The notes under the pieces: generated by a model | Databases searched by the model: none | Seen by the model: only the letters and a program-made list of their open reading frames with translations | What the model was told of the DNA's origin: nothing | Part shown: positions 42,559-54,406 of the stretch, one piece after another | How positions within the stretch are numbered: position 1 is the stretch's first letter | How the letters are laid out: the number at the start of each line of letters is the position of its first letter | Origin: Octopus bimaculoides | Lineage: Eukaryota | Assembly: GCF_001194135.2 (NCBI RefSeq) | Contig: NC_068994.1 | Location: 15,233,842 to 15,297,751 of the forward strand | Reading direction: 5' to 3' | Length of the DNA stretch: 63,910 bases | Program-made: the position numbers and the translations under genes

Positions 42559-45500
42559 AAGTAAAGTTAGGTATTACCACACAAGTAAAAATATAAGGAA
42601 AAGAATCTGAAATGCAGGAGTCTTTTAAAAGTATTTATTAACTTAACTGGTTTCACTTACTTAAAAAGATTTTCAAAAGTGAAGTGTGAGGTAGTGTGTA
42701 TTTTCTGTGGTGTCAAAAATTAGTTTACAAAAATGTATTGGAATCAAGTGATAGTCTTTGACAATGATAAGAAAAGATTTGAGGCTTTGTGTATTCTCTG
42801 TGAGAAATCAAAAAATAGTTTACATAAAGACATTCAAATCAGGTAATAGAATTTTTTTATAATGATAAGAAGCAAAAATTAGTTTACATGAATATATCTC
42901 AATCAAGTAATAGTCTTTGACAAGAAAATAAAATATGTATATCTTTTGTAATGAATCAAGAAATAGTTCACATAAAAACATTCAGATCAGATAAAACTTT
43001 TTCATAGTGATAAGAAGATGAAAATTAGTTTCTGAATGTTTTTTATGTAAACTATTTCTTGACTCATTACAGAGGATACACAAAGCCTCAAACTGTTTCT
43101 TATCATTGTCAAAGACTCTATCACTTGATTTAAACATATTTTTGTAAACTAATTTTTGGCACCACAAGGATACACAAAAACCTCACACTTGTGAAAATCT
43201 TTTTAAATAAGTGAAACCAGTTAAGTTAATAAATACTTTTAAACGACTCCTGCATTTTCAGATTCTTTTTCTTATGTATATATAATTAATGGGCATTTGT
43301 GTGTGTGTCTGAGAGAGATATAGTCTACAGCAGTAAAATATGTGACTTAAAATTAGTAATGCAAGGATTGGTGAAGAATTAATCGAATGTAATAATCCAG
43401 TGGATGTGCAGTGTTGATTTACCAGATTAGGAAAGCATATAGTGGAAAAAGAATCTGGTTGATTTGGCCTGTTAATCCATTTGTGTTAATTATTTAAAGA
43501 CTTCAGTTTTCATTTAGGAAAATTACCACAGAATGTTTCACCTTACCAGAGTTTACTGGGAGGCTTTCCTATATTTTCTTAACAGCTAAATTACTACCCA
43601 AACATAAGATTTAGATAACATAAAGTGACTATTGAAATGTGCTACTGTTTAATATTTGTTGATTTATCCCTGTGACATCAAAAATAATAGGTATAAATAG
43701 TCATATATTAAGATAAATTGTCCTTATATTTAAATTTAAATGTACCTTTAAAAATAATAGGATGATCTCCATTATAAATTATTTGCATCATGCTGAGAGC
43801 ACATTAAAGCAAACTTGACATTCTGTATTAGATAACCTACATCAGAAATGGTGCCATAAAATCCTTTGCCTTCCTTCTTTCTCTCTTTCTCTGCATATAT
43901 TTTTCCATGCTAAAAAATTCCATCAGTTAGGGAGTTTCTAGATTGCTGCTTACTCAATATATTATTGTGCGTAGATTTAATAGAACATCAGTACTATAGC
44001 TTTCAACAGTAAAGGAGTTAGGAAAGTGGGCAACAACAAATGAAAGTTGATAAGAAACACAAAGCTAACAAAAACTGGTGGGTGTTCTCTTTTCAAACTA
44101 AAGTAGAAGTGTTTCCTGCATTGAAACCAGCTCTGAATATCAGATTAGTTTAGTTCTCCAGCCATCTCCCTCCCATCCATTTTGTTGACTTTATTTTATT
44201 CCATATGCATTTTTACATTTCCTTGTGTTCAAATTTATTTTCTTTGCCTTTTTTTTTTACAGTCAATCTTTTTTTCCTTGGCTTTAAATAATGTCCAAAA
44301 TTGCATGCAATTTTCAACTTATTTATGTAAAGAACCAAAATATCTTGCATACTTTTAGGTGTAAAATGTGCATATACCACAAGATATGCATTTGGCTTAT
44401 TNNNNNNNNNNTAGTTATTTTTTTTTTCATGTTTATTAAATGTTTTATTTAATATTGTTTTATTTAATATTGTTTTATTATTTACCTTTGTTTTTAGCAT
44501 ATAATCTTTCTTCAACTTGCTAGAAAGTGTAATCGCTTGGTGTCTTAATTTTCAGCTGTTATAAATGTCCTCCTGCATTCAGTCTAGATACCTTCTGAAG
44601 ATTTTTACTATGTTGTTAAGGTTATATCTATAAAGCTATGCTTTGTTTCTTCCTATAATGAAGTGTTGCAAAATGTTAGTGTAAGAATTTTTTCTATCCA
44701 AATTATGATAATTGGGGTGGGGGTGGTTGTCAAGAGCAGTGTACCAAGGGATTATCTTGGTCTTAACCAAACTGAGAAGTTTGCGAGTTGTTTTGGTGTC
44801 TTACAGTATTTAAATCCTTGAAGTATAACTGGAATATTTTAAAACAAAAAATTATGGATATTTACAAAAAATAATTTTGTAATTTAAGAATGATAAACAC
44901 TTGCAAACATATACAGATGCAGTGTAGTTAAAAAAATTGGACCATGAAGTTATGGTCAAGTAGTGGAATTGGCTGCTATAAGTTGAGTCCACTCTTTTCC
45001 TTTGTCACATTGTTTAAAAACAATAACAACTTCTACTTTTGTTAGTAATTAGTATCAGGAAGAGCATTCTTCTGTGAAACACTTTTCCCAACAATTTTTT
45101 ATGTTATGGTGGGTAAAAATGTTTTGGTTTTTAGTATTTCAGTTGCATGCACTAACAGAGTTGAAAAGGTTTGTAAAATTTTTAATTTGGGCACATAATG
45201 AAATGCCTTTATTTTTGCATACCCTTTCAACTTGTAATTACTCCACTAGAAAAAGGAAACTATATCTATTTTTTGGCTGCCATTAGAAAGCAAAGTTTAT
45301 TTCTATTCGATGTCATTGTCTGTATACTAAGTCATTGACTTCCTAGCCACTTTGACACACATATGCATTAGTAATAACCTTTCAGAAAGTACTCTAGTTT
45401 TGCTTATATTCTTATCCTTATTGTTGTTGTTATTGTTGTAACTGAGCTGATCACTAGCTTAAAAGATATTTCCTTTTTAAGTATTTAGCTGATGGTAAAA

Positions 45501-46765
45501 TTCACAAAGAACCTTAAGTTTGTTTTGTGTATTTGATGTGCTATTAGTTATGAAAATCTCACTAAAGACTCCAGACTGTTATAATTATATTGTTCATTAA
45601 AATTTTGGCAATCTGTAAGACAGAAGGTTGTATACTTGTGTCCAATGACCTAGGATTTCAATTTCTCACAAAAGCATTTAGATTCTTAAATAAGTTTAAC
45701 TGAGAATTACTATCTTGAAAGTACTGATATTCTTCTATTCATAGTTTTTATATATATATATAGTAAAAGTATCTTATTTCTAAAATAATGAACTGCTTAG
45801 CCTACCATGTAGATGACCCACAACCAATTATTGCGATAAAAATCTGGTAGCTTAGTAGCATAGAACTAATCTCAGGTCTGTCCATTCCTGAATTGGACTG
45901 CTATCTGTATTGATAACCGTTTCCTCATTCTTACAGCTTACATTTGTGTTATGTAAGTAGTGAGATTAAAGCAAGTGCAGCAATATGATATCCTGCTATC
46001 AGTCTCTGACTAGAAGTCATTGGAAAAAGTTGACTGTGCACCCTAGTAAATTTGTTGTTGTTGTTGTTGTTGTTGGCACTCCGTCGCTTACGACGTCGAG
46101 GGTTCCAGTTGATCCGATCAACAGAACAGCCTGCTCGTGAAAGTAACGTGCAAGTGGCTGAGCACTCCACAGACATGTGTACCCTTAACGTAGTTCTCGG
46201 GGGATATTCAGCGTGACACAGTGTGACAAGGCTGGCCCTTTGAATTACAGGCACAACAGAAACAGGAAGTAAGAGTGAGAAAAAGTTGTGGTGAAAGAGT
46301 ATAGCAGGGTTCGCCACCATCCCCTGCCAGGGCCTCNNNNNNNNNNNNNNNNNNNNNNNNNNNNNNNNNNNNNNNNNNNNNNNNNNNNNNNNNNNNNNNN
46401 NNNNNNNNNNNNNNNNNNNNNNNNNNNNNNNNNNNNNNNNNNNNNNNNNNNNNNNNNNNNNNNNNNNNNNNNNNNNNNNNNNNNNNNNNNNNNNNNNNNN
46501 NNNNNNNNNNNNNNNNNNNNNNNNNNNNNNNNNNNNNNNNNNNNNNNNNNNNNNNNNNNNNNNNNNNNNNNNNNNNNNNNNNNNNNNNNNNNNNNNNNNN
46601 NNNNNNNNNNNNNNNNNNNNNNNNNNNNNNNNNNNNNNNNNNNNNNNNNNNNNNNNNNNNNNNNNNNNNNNNNNNNNNNNNNNNNNNNNNNNNNNNNNNN
46701 NNNNNNNNNNNNNNNNNNNNNNNNNNNNNNNNNNNNNNNNNNNNNNNNNNNNNNNNNNNNNNNNN

Positions 46766-46803
<38 letters not shown>

Positions 46804-49261
46804 TTTATGTACCTTATATATTATTAAAATATCTTTGATTCAAAGGTAGTTTTATTATAATGAACAATAGATGAATGATAAGATCTTGATGAGAAGAAAA
46901 TTGATTCTTCAACATTAATTTATAATTATGTGCTTTGATTTTAAACTGGTTTTGGTCTATCAGTGTTAATGATTGTTTCCTTATTCTATAGAAGTATGTG
47001 GTAGCATTCTGCACCAATGATAAGATTATGATGACTGGAGTTTAACTTAGTTTTGATTTTCATCGCATTTATATTAGTAATATCCTTTGGTATCTTCTCT
47101 TGCTGATAAATCTGAAGTTTAATGAAATAAGAAACTTTATTTTCTGTAATTATGAATAGTTGTTGATACATAATTTCACAACTGCAAAAAAAAAATATTG
47201 ATGATTTAAAAAAAATAATACTGGCCTAAAAAACTAAATATTTCAGTGAAAGAAATTCAATCCTATTTCAGATTTCATTTATTTGCCTATTTATATTGCT
47301 TCGTGTCTCTGATCTCCGCTTCCTAATTAACTCTGAGTCAAGTCAATAAGCCATCTTAAAAACACTTATAGATGTTTTAATGTTATTTTGCTTATATAAA
47401 ACTGTCCAACCTCACAACCTGATACAGTTTTATTATATTACCAGTGTAGGATTCATTAAAAATGATGGGGTTTATTTCTGGCTCCTTATCTTTCTGCTTC
47501 AAACCTTGCTCCATTTTCATCTTGTCTCTTTTCAGATATATTTTTATCATTTTACCTCAAACTTTGCTTCAATTTCCTTTTTCGTGTTTTTTTGTTATAT
47601 TGCAACAGTTCATCTTCTCTGCAAATCACATCAAGGCATTGACTTCTTGTGATAATCTTTATCTTCTTTCTGCAATTCAAAATTGAGCTGTTTCTCTGTG
47701 GTTGAGGATTTCCTCTTTTTGACTTGCAATTACCTGAGGTAGATTTGAAAAACCATCTCTTGACTTCTTTACTTTTAACCCCCACCTGCCCACACACACA
47801 CATCACTATTTCTTACACACACACACTTAATTATTTTTCATGTATATANNNNNNNNNNNNNNNNNNNNNNNNNNNNNNNNNNNNNNNNNNNNNNNNNNNN
47901 NNNNNNNNNNNNNNNNNNNNNNNNNNNNNNNNNNNNNNNNNNNNNNNNNNNNNNNNNNNNNNNNNNNNNNNNNNNNNNNNNNNNNNNNNNNNNNNNNNNN
48001 NNNNNNNNNNNNNNNNNNNNNNNNNNNNNNNNNNNNNNNNNNNNNNNNNNNNNNNNNNNNNNNNNNNNNNNNNNNNNNNNNNNNNNNNNNNNNNNNNNNN
48101 NNNNNNNNNNNNNNNNNNNNNNNNNNNNNNNNNNNNNNNNNNNNNNNNNNNNNNNNNNCATCATAGAAAAAGGGAAACAAGCCAATAAAAAAGGGACATG
48201 TGACTTGACCTTTTATGATTTTTTTTTGTTTTTTTTTTAAATTTAATCCCTGTAGGATAGGATTAATTTTCACTGAAGATATTATCTCTAGTTCATAGTT
48301 TATTTTTCAATCTTAAAGACTTTTTTTCTCAATAAAATCCTTTTGCATTGGTGATCAGCTCAGAGAATGAAAAAGATGTTGTCATATCTGTGTATTGCTA
48401 TTATTTTTCTTAACTGCCTTATACACTTAATTGTGAAACACAAACACTAAATGTGTGCTTATATGTGTGTGTGTGTGTGTGTTGATTGAACATGATTTAA
48501 GCTCTGGAATAAATGACAGTGTGTCAAACTGCTTTTAAAACTTTGTCCTCAATTTATAAAGGCTGACTAATTAAAGTGTGTGTTTGCGTGTCTGTATGTG
48601 TATACGTGTGGTGTATTTTAACCCTGTGTAGCTTGTGGCCTGAAGTAAATGCTCCTAGTGTGTTGCCATAAATGTCCCATCCTTACTCTTATTTAACATA
48701 GCGGTGGTAGAACTAACTAGTTGTTGGTTCATGTGTATAATAAAATTTATTGCTCTTCTCTGCAGGTTCGGAGCTCTTCTTATCTGGGTTACCCTGGCTA
48801 CAGTGGGACAGGTTCCCTGCCCCGTCACCGCTATTCCTGGTCTTCCTCCGACTATAGCCGTGCTTGGAAACATTAGGCACAGTTAGCTAAGTCCTGTTGC
48901 CTGATACCCCAGGATTTTAACTTCATGTACTATTACTATTCTCAGTCTCTCTGCTTTATTTTTTTTTAATCTTTACTTTGTTGTTTGCTTGGGTTTTACC
49001 CCTACTTTTATTTCACCAAATTTCATAGTGAATGCAACAGTAGCAACAGCAGCAGCAGCAACATTAATTTCAATACCAACATTTTTTAAACAAAAAAATA
49101 ATAATAATAAATACCCCACTCTGTCCCTATTTGGTATTTTATTTTTTCAGAAATAGATTTCTTCCTTAACACTCTAGAAATGTCTCATTCATTGAATTCA
49201 CATTAATCATCATTTCTCTTTGGTCTCTCTTTCTGTCAAAATATTGTTTTATCTAAAAGGG

Positions 49262-49308
<47 letters not shown>

Positions 49309-51804
49309 CAAGATAATTTTTTAATCATTAGTGTTTCAAGTTTAAATGACTGAGTGGATGTAATGTTGGGCCATCATTTGAAATATCTTTGTTCATTCTC
49401 TTTGTTACCGGTGTTAATGTTATACTATAAGAAAGTCTTCCTCTCATTCTGTTTCACCAGAGGATTCAGATCAGATAAGCATTGGGAGTATACAACCTAG
49501 TGACGAAGTACTAAATTAACTGTAAACTAATGTCTAGTTTAGTGATGATCTTCTACTAGAATCCAAAAGTTAATTCAATATGTGTTTTGTTAATTAAATT
49601 ACGTGGTGGTGGTAATATTGTGGTAAGTTGGTCCATGCTCATTCTGGTGACTGGTTTTGATACCCGGTGGAAGAAGTTTCACTTCCCTTGCTAAAAAGGT
49701 GCCTGTGAAAGAAACCCAAAAAATGTTCATGGCTACCACAACTTAGCATTTCTAGTAATAAAATCTTTGAGATATACATAAATGTCCCAGCTGTACATAA
49801 TCTTTTATTCATATGTGTAAGATATTTATAGATGTGTTGTGGTTGGATATTTAACTTAATGAGACTAAAAGACTGAAAGTTATGAGAGCAACCTCTGTCA
49901 CCAATATGGTATTCCTCCTTTGGAAATGAGCTGCATTAATCTCCTTGCCTTTGTTTGATTTACCTATTTTAAACATATATGTATGACCATCAATTGATAG
50001 TGTGTTTTAGAAAGTATATAACTGTAAAACTGTTTTTGTAAATTAAATGCAAAACTGTTTGTTTTTATTAAACTCGTGAGAAAGTGGGACTAGCTTCTCT
50101 TTAAAAAGGAGAATTTGTTACTAACAGTGTGTTCTTTTTTGGAACGCTGAATCTTGAAACTGATATAAAGTTATAAATAATAGTGTGTAAATTTCGGATT
50201 TAAAAACCCTTTGGATGAAGTCAAATACTGCCAGTGGGGCTTGAACCCACATCTCCTGTAAACAGGCTTTTCCTTTTAAGTTGGTCAAAGAAACACCTTC
50301 ATGCATCTGTTTTCAAAAGCCCTTTGGATAAGATTTTATCTTTGAGCCTAAGTAAATGAAATTTAGATTATGATCATCCAAATAACTCACCTTCTAGATA
50401 CCAACAGTAATCAGTGCCGACTGATATGCGATTCAGATTTCTTTTATCTAACTTACTATCAACTAGAAAGATATGCAAAGGTCAAGAAAGGAGCCTGTAC
50501 AAAGTTACTATCTGCTTGATATAGCAGCCAAATTTCACCCAAATTAGATCCCACTGTCTGAAACATAAAAGTTGGAATGGTCATGGCTAGAATACCTTTG
50601 ATCCCAAGTCTGTTCTATCAAAGTTAATCTGGGGGCCAAGAACAGCTATCAAATGCTCATAGATGAAGAGTGAACTCAATATCCATCTCAAACTTTGAAA
50701 TTCTTTCCCAGTAGAATCTATGCATCCATCCATTTTCCCACCCACTATTCCTTGGAGGGTTATGGGAGGTAGAAACCTTAGGCACTTTCCTCCATAGAGT
50801 CCTATCAGAAGCAATCATTATTACACTTTCAAGTTGGATTCCCAAGCAGGATCAACTGAGTCTATGGATATTATCCAACCATCTCCATTCTTGATCTTCT
50901 CCTAGATCTGTCAGTTGGTTTAGTATGAAGAATCTGTTTTTGGAATTCTTTCCAGTGACATTCTAATTTTATTGATTTTGTGCAGATTCTATGATATAGA
51001 ATTTGACATCAAGGTGTGAAATATCCAGTTCAATGCCTTAGATATACCAAATTCCAACTAATAGCATCAAAATTATTTAACCTTTCTTTCTTTATTTAGA
51101 GAGGAACTATTCCTTAAGTTCCTTTCCCCCCCCCCTGTGAGCAAAATTTGTAACACCTAACTAATCTCAGTAATTTTAGTTAATTTATATTGCTTATGTC
51201 CATAGGGAAAGGCATGAACATTTCAATTTCCCTTCTAGAAGTAATTTCAAGGTTATATAAATAGAAAAAAAAAGACATATATAGTAAGTGCTCGATTTGA
51301 ACATTAATTTTTGAAAGGAGATTACATATTCAATAACTCCTGTAATTTCTAGAATCAGTGTATATCTATCTAGATACTCCTGTTTGTGTGTGTGGGTGGT
51401 GTGTCTCATATTATCGTTAAAAGTAGCTGAGTAGTTAAGGTAGTAACATCCTTGTGAAATACTTTATTTTACTTTGCCTCCTTTCATTAAGCTATCAGTT
51501 ATTTACCAGATCACCTAAGGTTTTTATCTGACAGACCATTGTCCTTTCCAATGAGAGATGTATCACATCAGCTAAGCACTGGTCCCTAAAAGCCCTTTAT
51601 ATCTTAGATTAGCATTCCCCAAACTTCTTTTGCTGCAGAATCCTTATATGATTTTTTTCCCTCCAAAAGTCATAGAACCTATTATCATATTTTGCAGACA
51701 ATCCCCACCAGCCAGTTTTAATAAGACTTCGAATTAGGCAAATATTATTTTGGAGAGAAAATCTCATTCATTCATTTATTCATACATATATATATATATA
51801 TATT

Positions 51805-51852
<48 letters not shown>

Positions 51853-54368
51853 AAAGAATAGAACTTACAGCATGTTATCATTTTGAAAAAAAGTAAATAC
51901 CTCACCATGTTTTATTTTTAAGTACATTTTCTGTTTATTAAATTTTATTAAGAAGCACCTCATTTTGTGANNNNNNNNNNNNNNNNNNNNNNNNNNNNNN
52001 NNNNNNNNNNNNNNNNNNNNNNNNNNNNNNNNNNNNNNNNNNNNNNNNNNNNNNNNNNNNNNNNNNNNNNNNNNNNNNNNNNNNNNNNNNNNNNNNNNNN
52101 NNNNNNNNNNNNNNNNNNNNNNNNNNNNNNNNNNNNNNNNNNNNNNNNNNNNNNNNNNNNNNNNNNNNNNNNNNNNNNNNNNNNNNNNNNNNNNNNNNNN
52201 NNNNNNNNNNNNNNNNNNNNNNNNNNNNNNNNNNNNNNNNNNNNNNNNNNNNNNNNNNNNNNNNNNNNNNNNNNNNNNNNNNNNNNNNNNNNNNNNNNNN
52301 NNNNNNNNNNNNNNNNNNNNNCAGCCATGCCTATGAAGTTTTGTAACACTCCTTATTCTAACTATAATAAACATCCAGTTGGAAGAATATTGTTTTTCAA
52401 CATGATTGCCTGTTTCTGTATCACATCCTGTGCTTCCGCTGGAAGTTTTATTTTTATCGAAGTAATCTTCATTGATCTTGAAAGAGTCTCTTTTTTTTTA
52501 AACTTTTATTTGGCAGGTCAGCATAACATGAAAGAAAACATTTACAATTTTATTAACAATTTTTTTTTTGTTGAGATTCTGAAATTTTACTTTACACTGA
52601 AACATAACTGAAGCTTGTTGAATTTAGCATTGCTGTTACTTTAACTGTTGATTGCCCCTGTCTGGCAGTTGCTATTCTCAGGAATATGCAGTGTCATTCA
52701 ACAGTTTTATTGTTTTGTTGCTGCTGGTGTTACTTCTTTCACTACTGCTACTCTTATTTCTATTACTATTACTACTACTACTACCACTACTACTATTATC
52801 ATTGCTGCTACTGCTATCATTACCAAAACAATTATTATATACATTCCAATATTCTGGACACTATCTTCATCCATTTTCCTGCTTTTGTTTTCTTCTGTTT
52901 TTGAATTTATGATTTCTTTTATCCATTGCCTGTATTTCTAACTCTTTTATTTGAGATTTTTTTTGTTGTTTTTTTTTGTTTGTTTTTCATTTCCAAGTCA
53001 TTTTGTCGAGAATGCTCCTCTACCATTCTTTAAAATCTCTGAAAACAAAATACTCTGAATATTGAATATAATCTTGAAAATCCACACTTCATTTATACAT
53101 CTGCTACCTTGAAGTGTAGAATTCAATAATTTGAAGAATAGGTCATTGCTAGTTTATGGTGCTTTTGGATTTGAACCAAATATGTACCCATTGTATCATG
53201 AATTACTGGTGCAAAACATATTCCTGAACAGTGGTGCCAAACTCACTTTATGGTCCATTGATCAATGATAGGAAGGCATTTGACTTAAAAACACTTCAAC
53301 ATTTATACTTTCTTATTTCTTGCCATGGTAATCAAAGATGTGGTATGAACAGTTTGTGTGTGCATGTATATGTGTTAGAAAGAAAGAGAGAGAGAGAGAG
53401 AAAGAGAGAGCTGTTTATTTTCTGCATTCATCTTAACATTTTCTAACAGTTATTACTTACACTACTATTGCCAGGCACCATGTTGCTACATTGTACTTGA
53501 TCACTGATAATAAATTGAAGCCTCTACATTACCCCTCTTCTCCAGCATAGGGATTGCGACCAAGTTTACAAAATTTGAAAAATAAATATGATATTGTACG
53601 CATATGATATATAGAATATAAGTAAGTTTATATGATTCATATGTATTATTCTCCCTAGTCTCAATAAATTCCATTCAGCAATTTCTAATTGCTGTTCTAC
53701 TTTTATAAGAGATGCTAATGTGAAATCTCAGAAGAATTGGTAGACTGACTACATTAATATTTCTTTCATTTTATTTTGAATCTATTTTGTGTGTCTGTGT
53801 GTATCTTGCCATGGCATCATCTTCTTCTATTCAGCATTGTCTAGCTGTCAAAAGTATTTTTTGGTAATTGTAATCATATGCTGATGTCTAATATTGTTCC
53901 ACCGTAACAATCCTAGTTCTAATTTAATTATTTTAACAATGGCATCAATTACATAATGAGTTGTATTGATCAAAGTAGAAACGTTTTCAACTGAAATGCC
54001 ATAGAACACTCCTAACATATACACACAAACACTCACAACTATTGTCAGTATTTCTATGTTAAGAGAAATCAATCCCATTGCTTTATCCTCTTCTGAGCTT
54101 TTGCCTGCTTTCAGCCACTATAGATTACATCAGGCATCATTTTGCAGTTCCTCTATTAATTGTTTTTCTGTTTGCTCAACCCACATGTTTGTCTCTTACC
54201 TCTGACTACCTTATAGCACATGATGTGTGAATGCTTTCACTGTTAGCATCTATCATACATTTTGCATGTTGTTTCAATAATACATCTATGCATGCTGCTT
54301 TGTGTTACATTTATTAATTACTCTACATGCATGTTGCCTTATTGGACTTACACGTGTGTACACTTATT

Positions 54369-54406
<38 letters not shown>

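Noticed and set aside
48704-48886. ORF-track peptide MVELTSCWF...[15 protein letters not shown], which looks like a membrane protein
   Set aside because: It is an alternative frame over the candidate exon; it starts in intronic sequence and its phase does not match any upstream donor.
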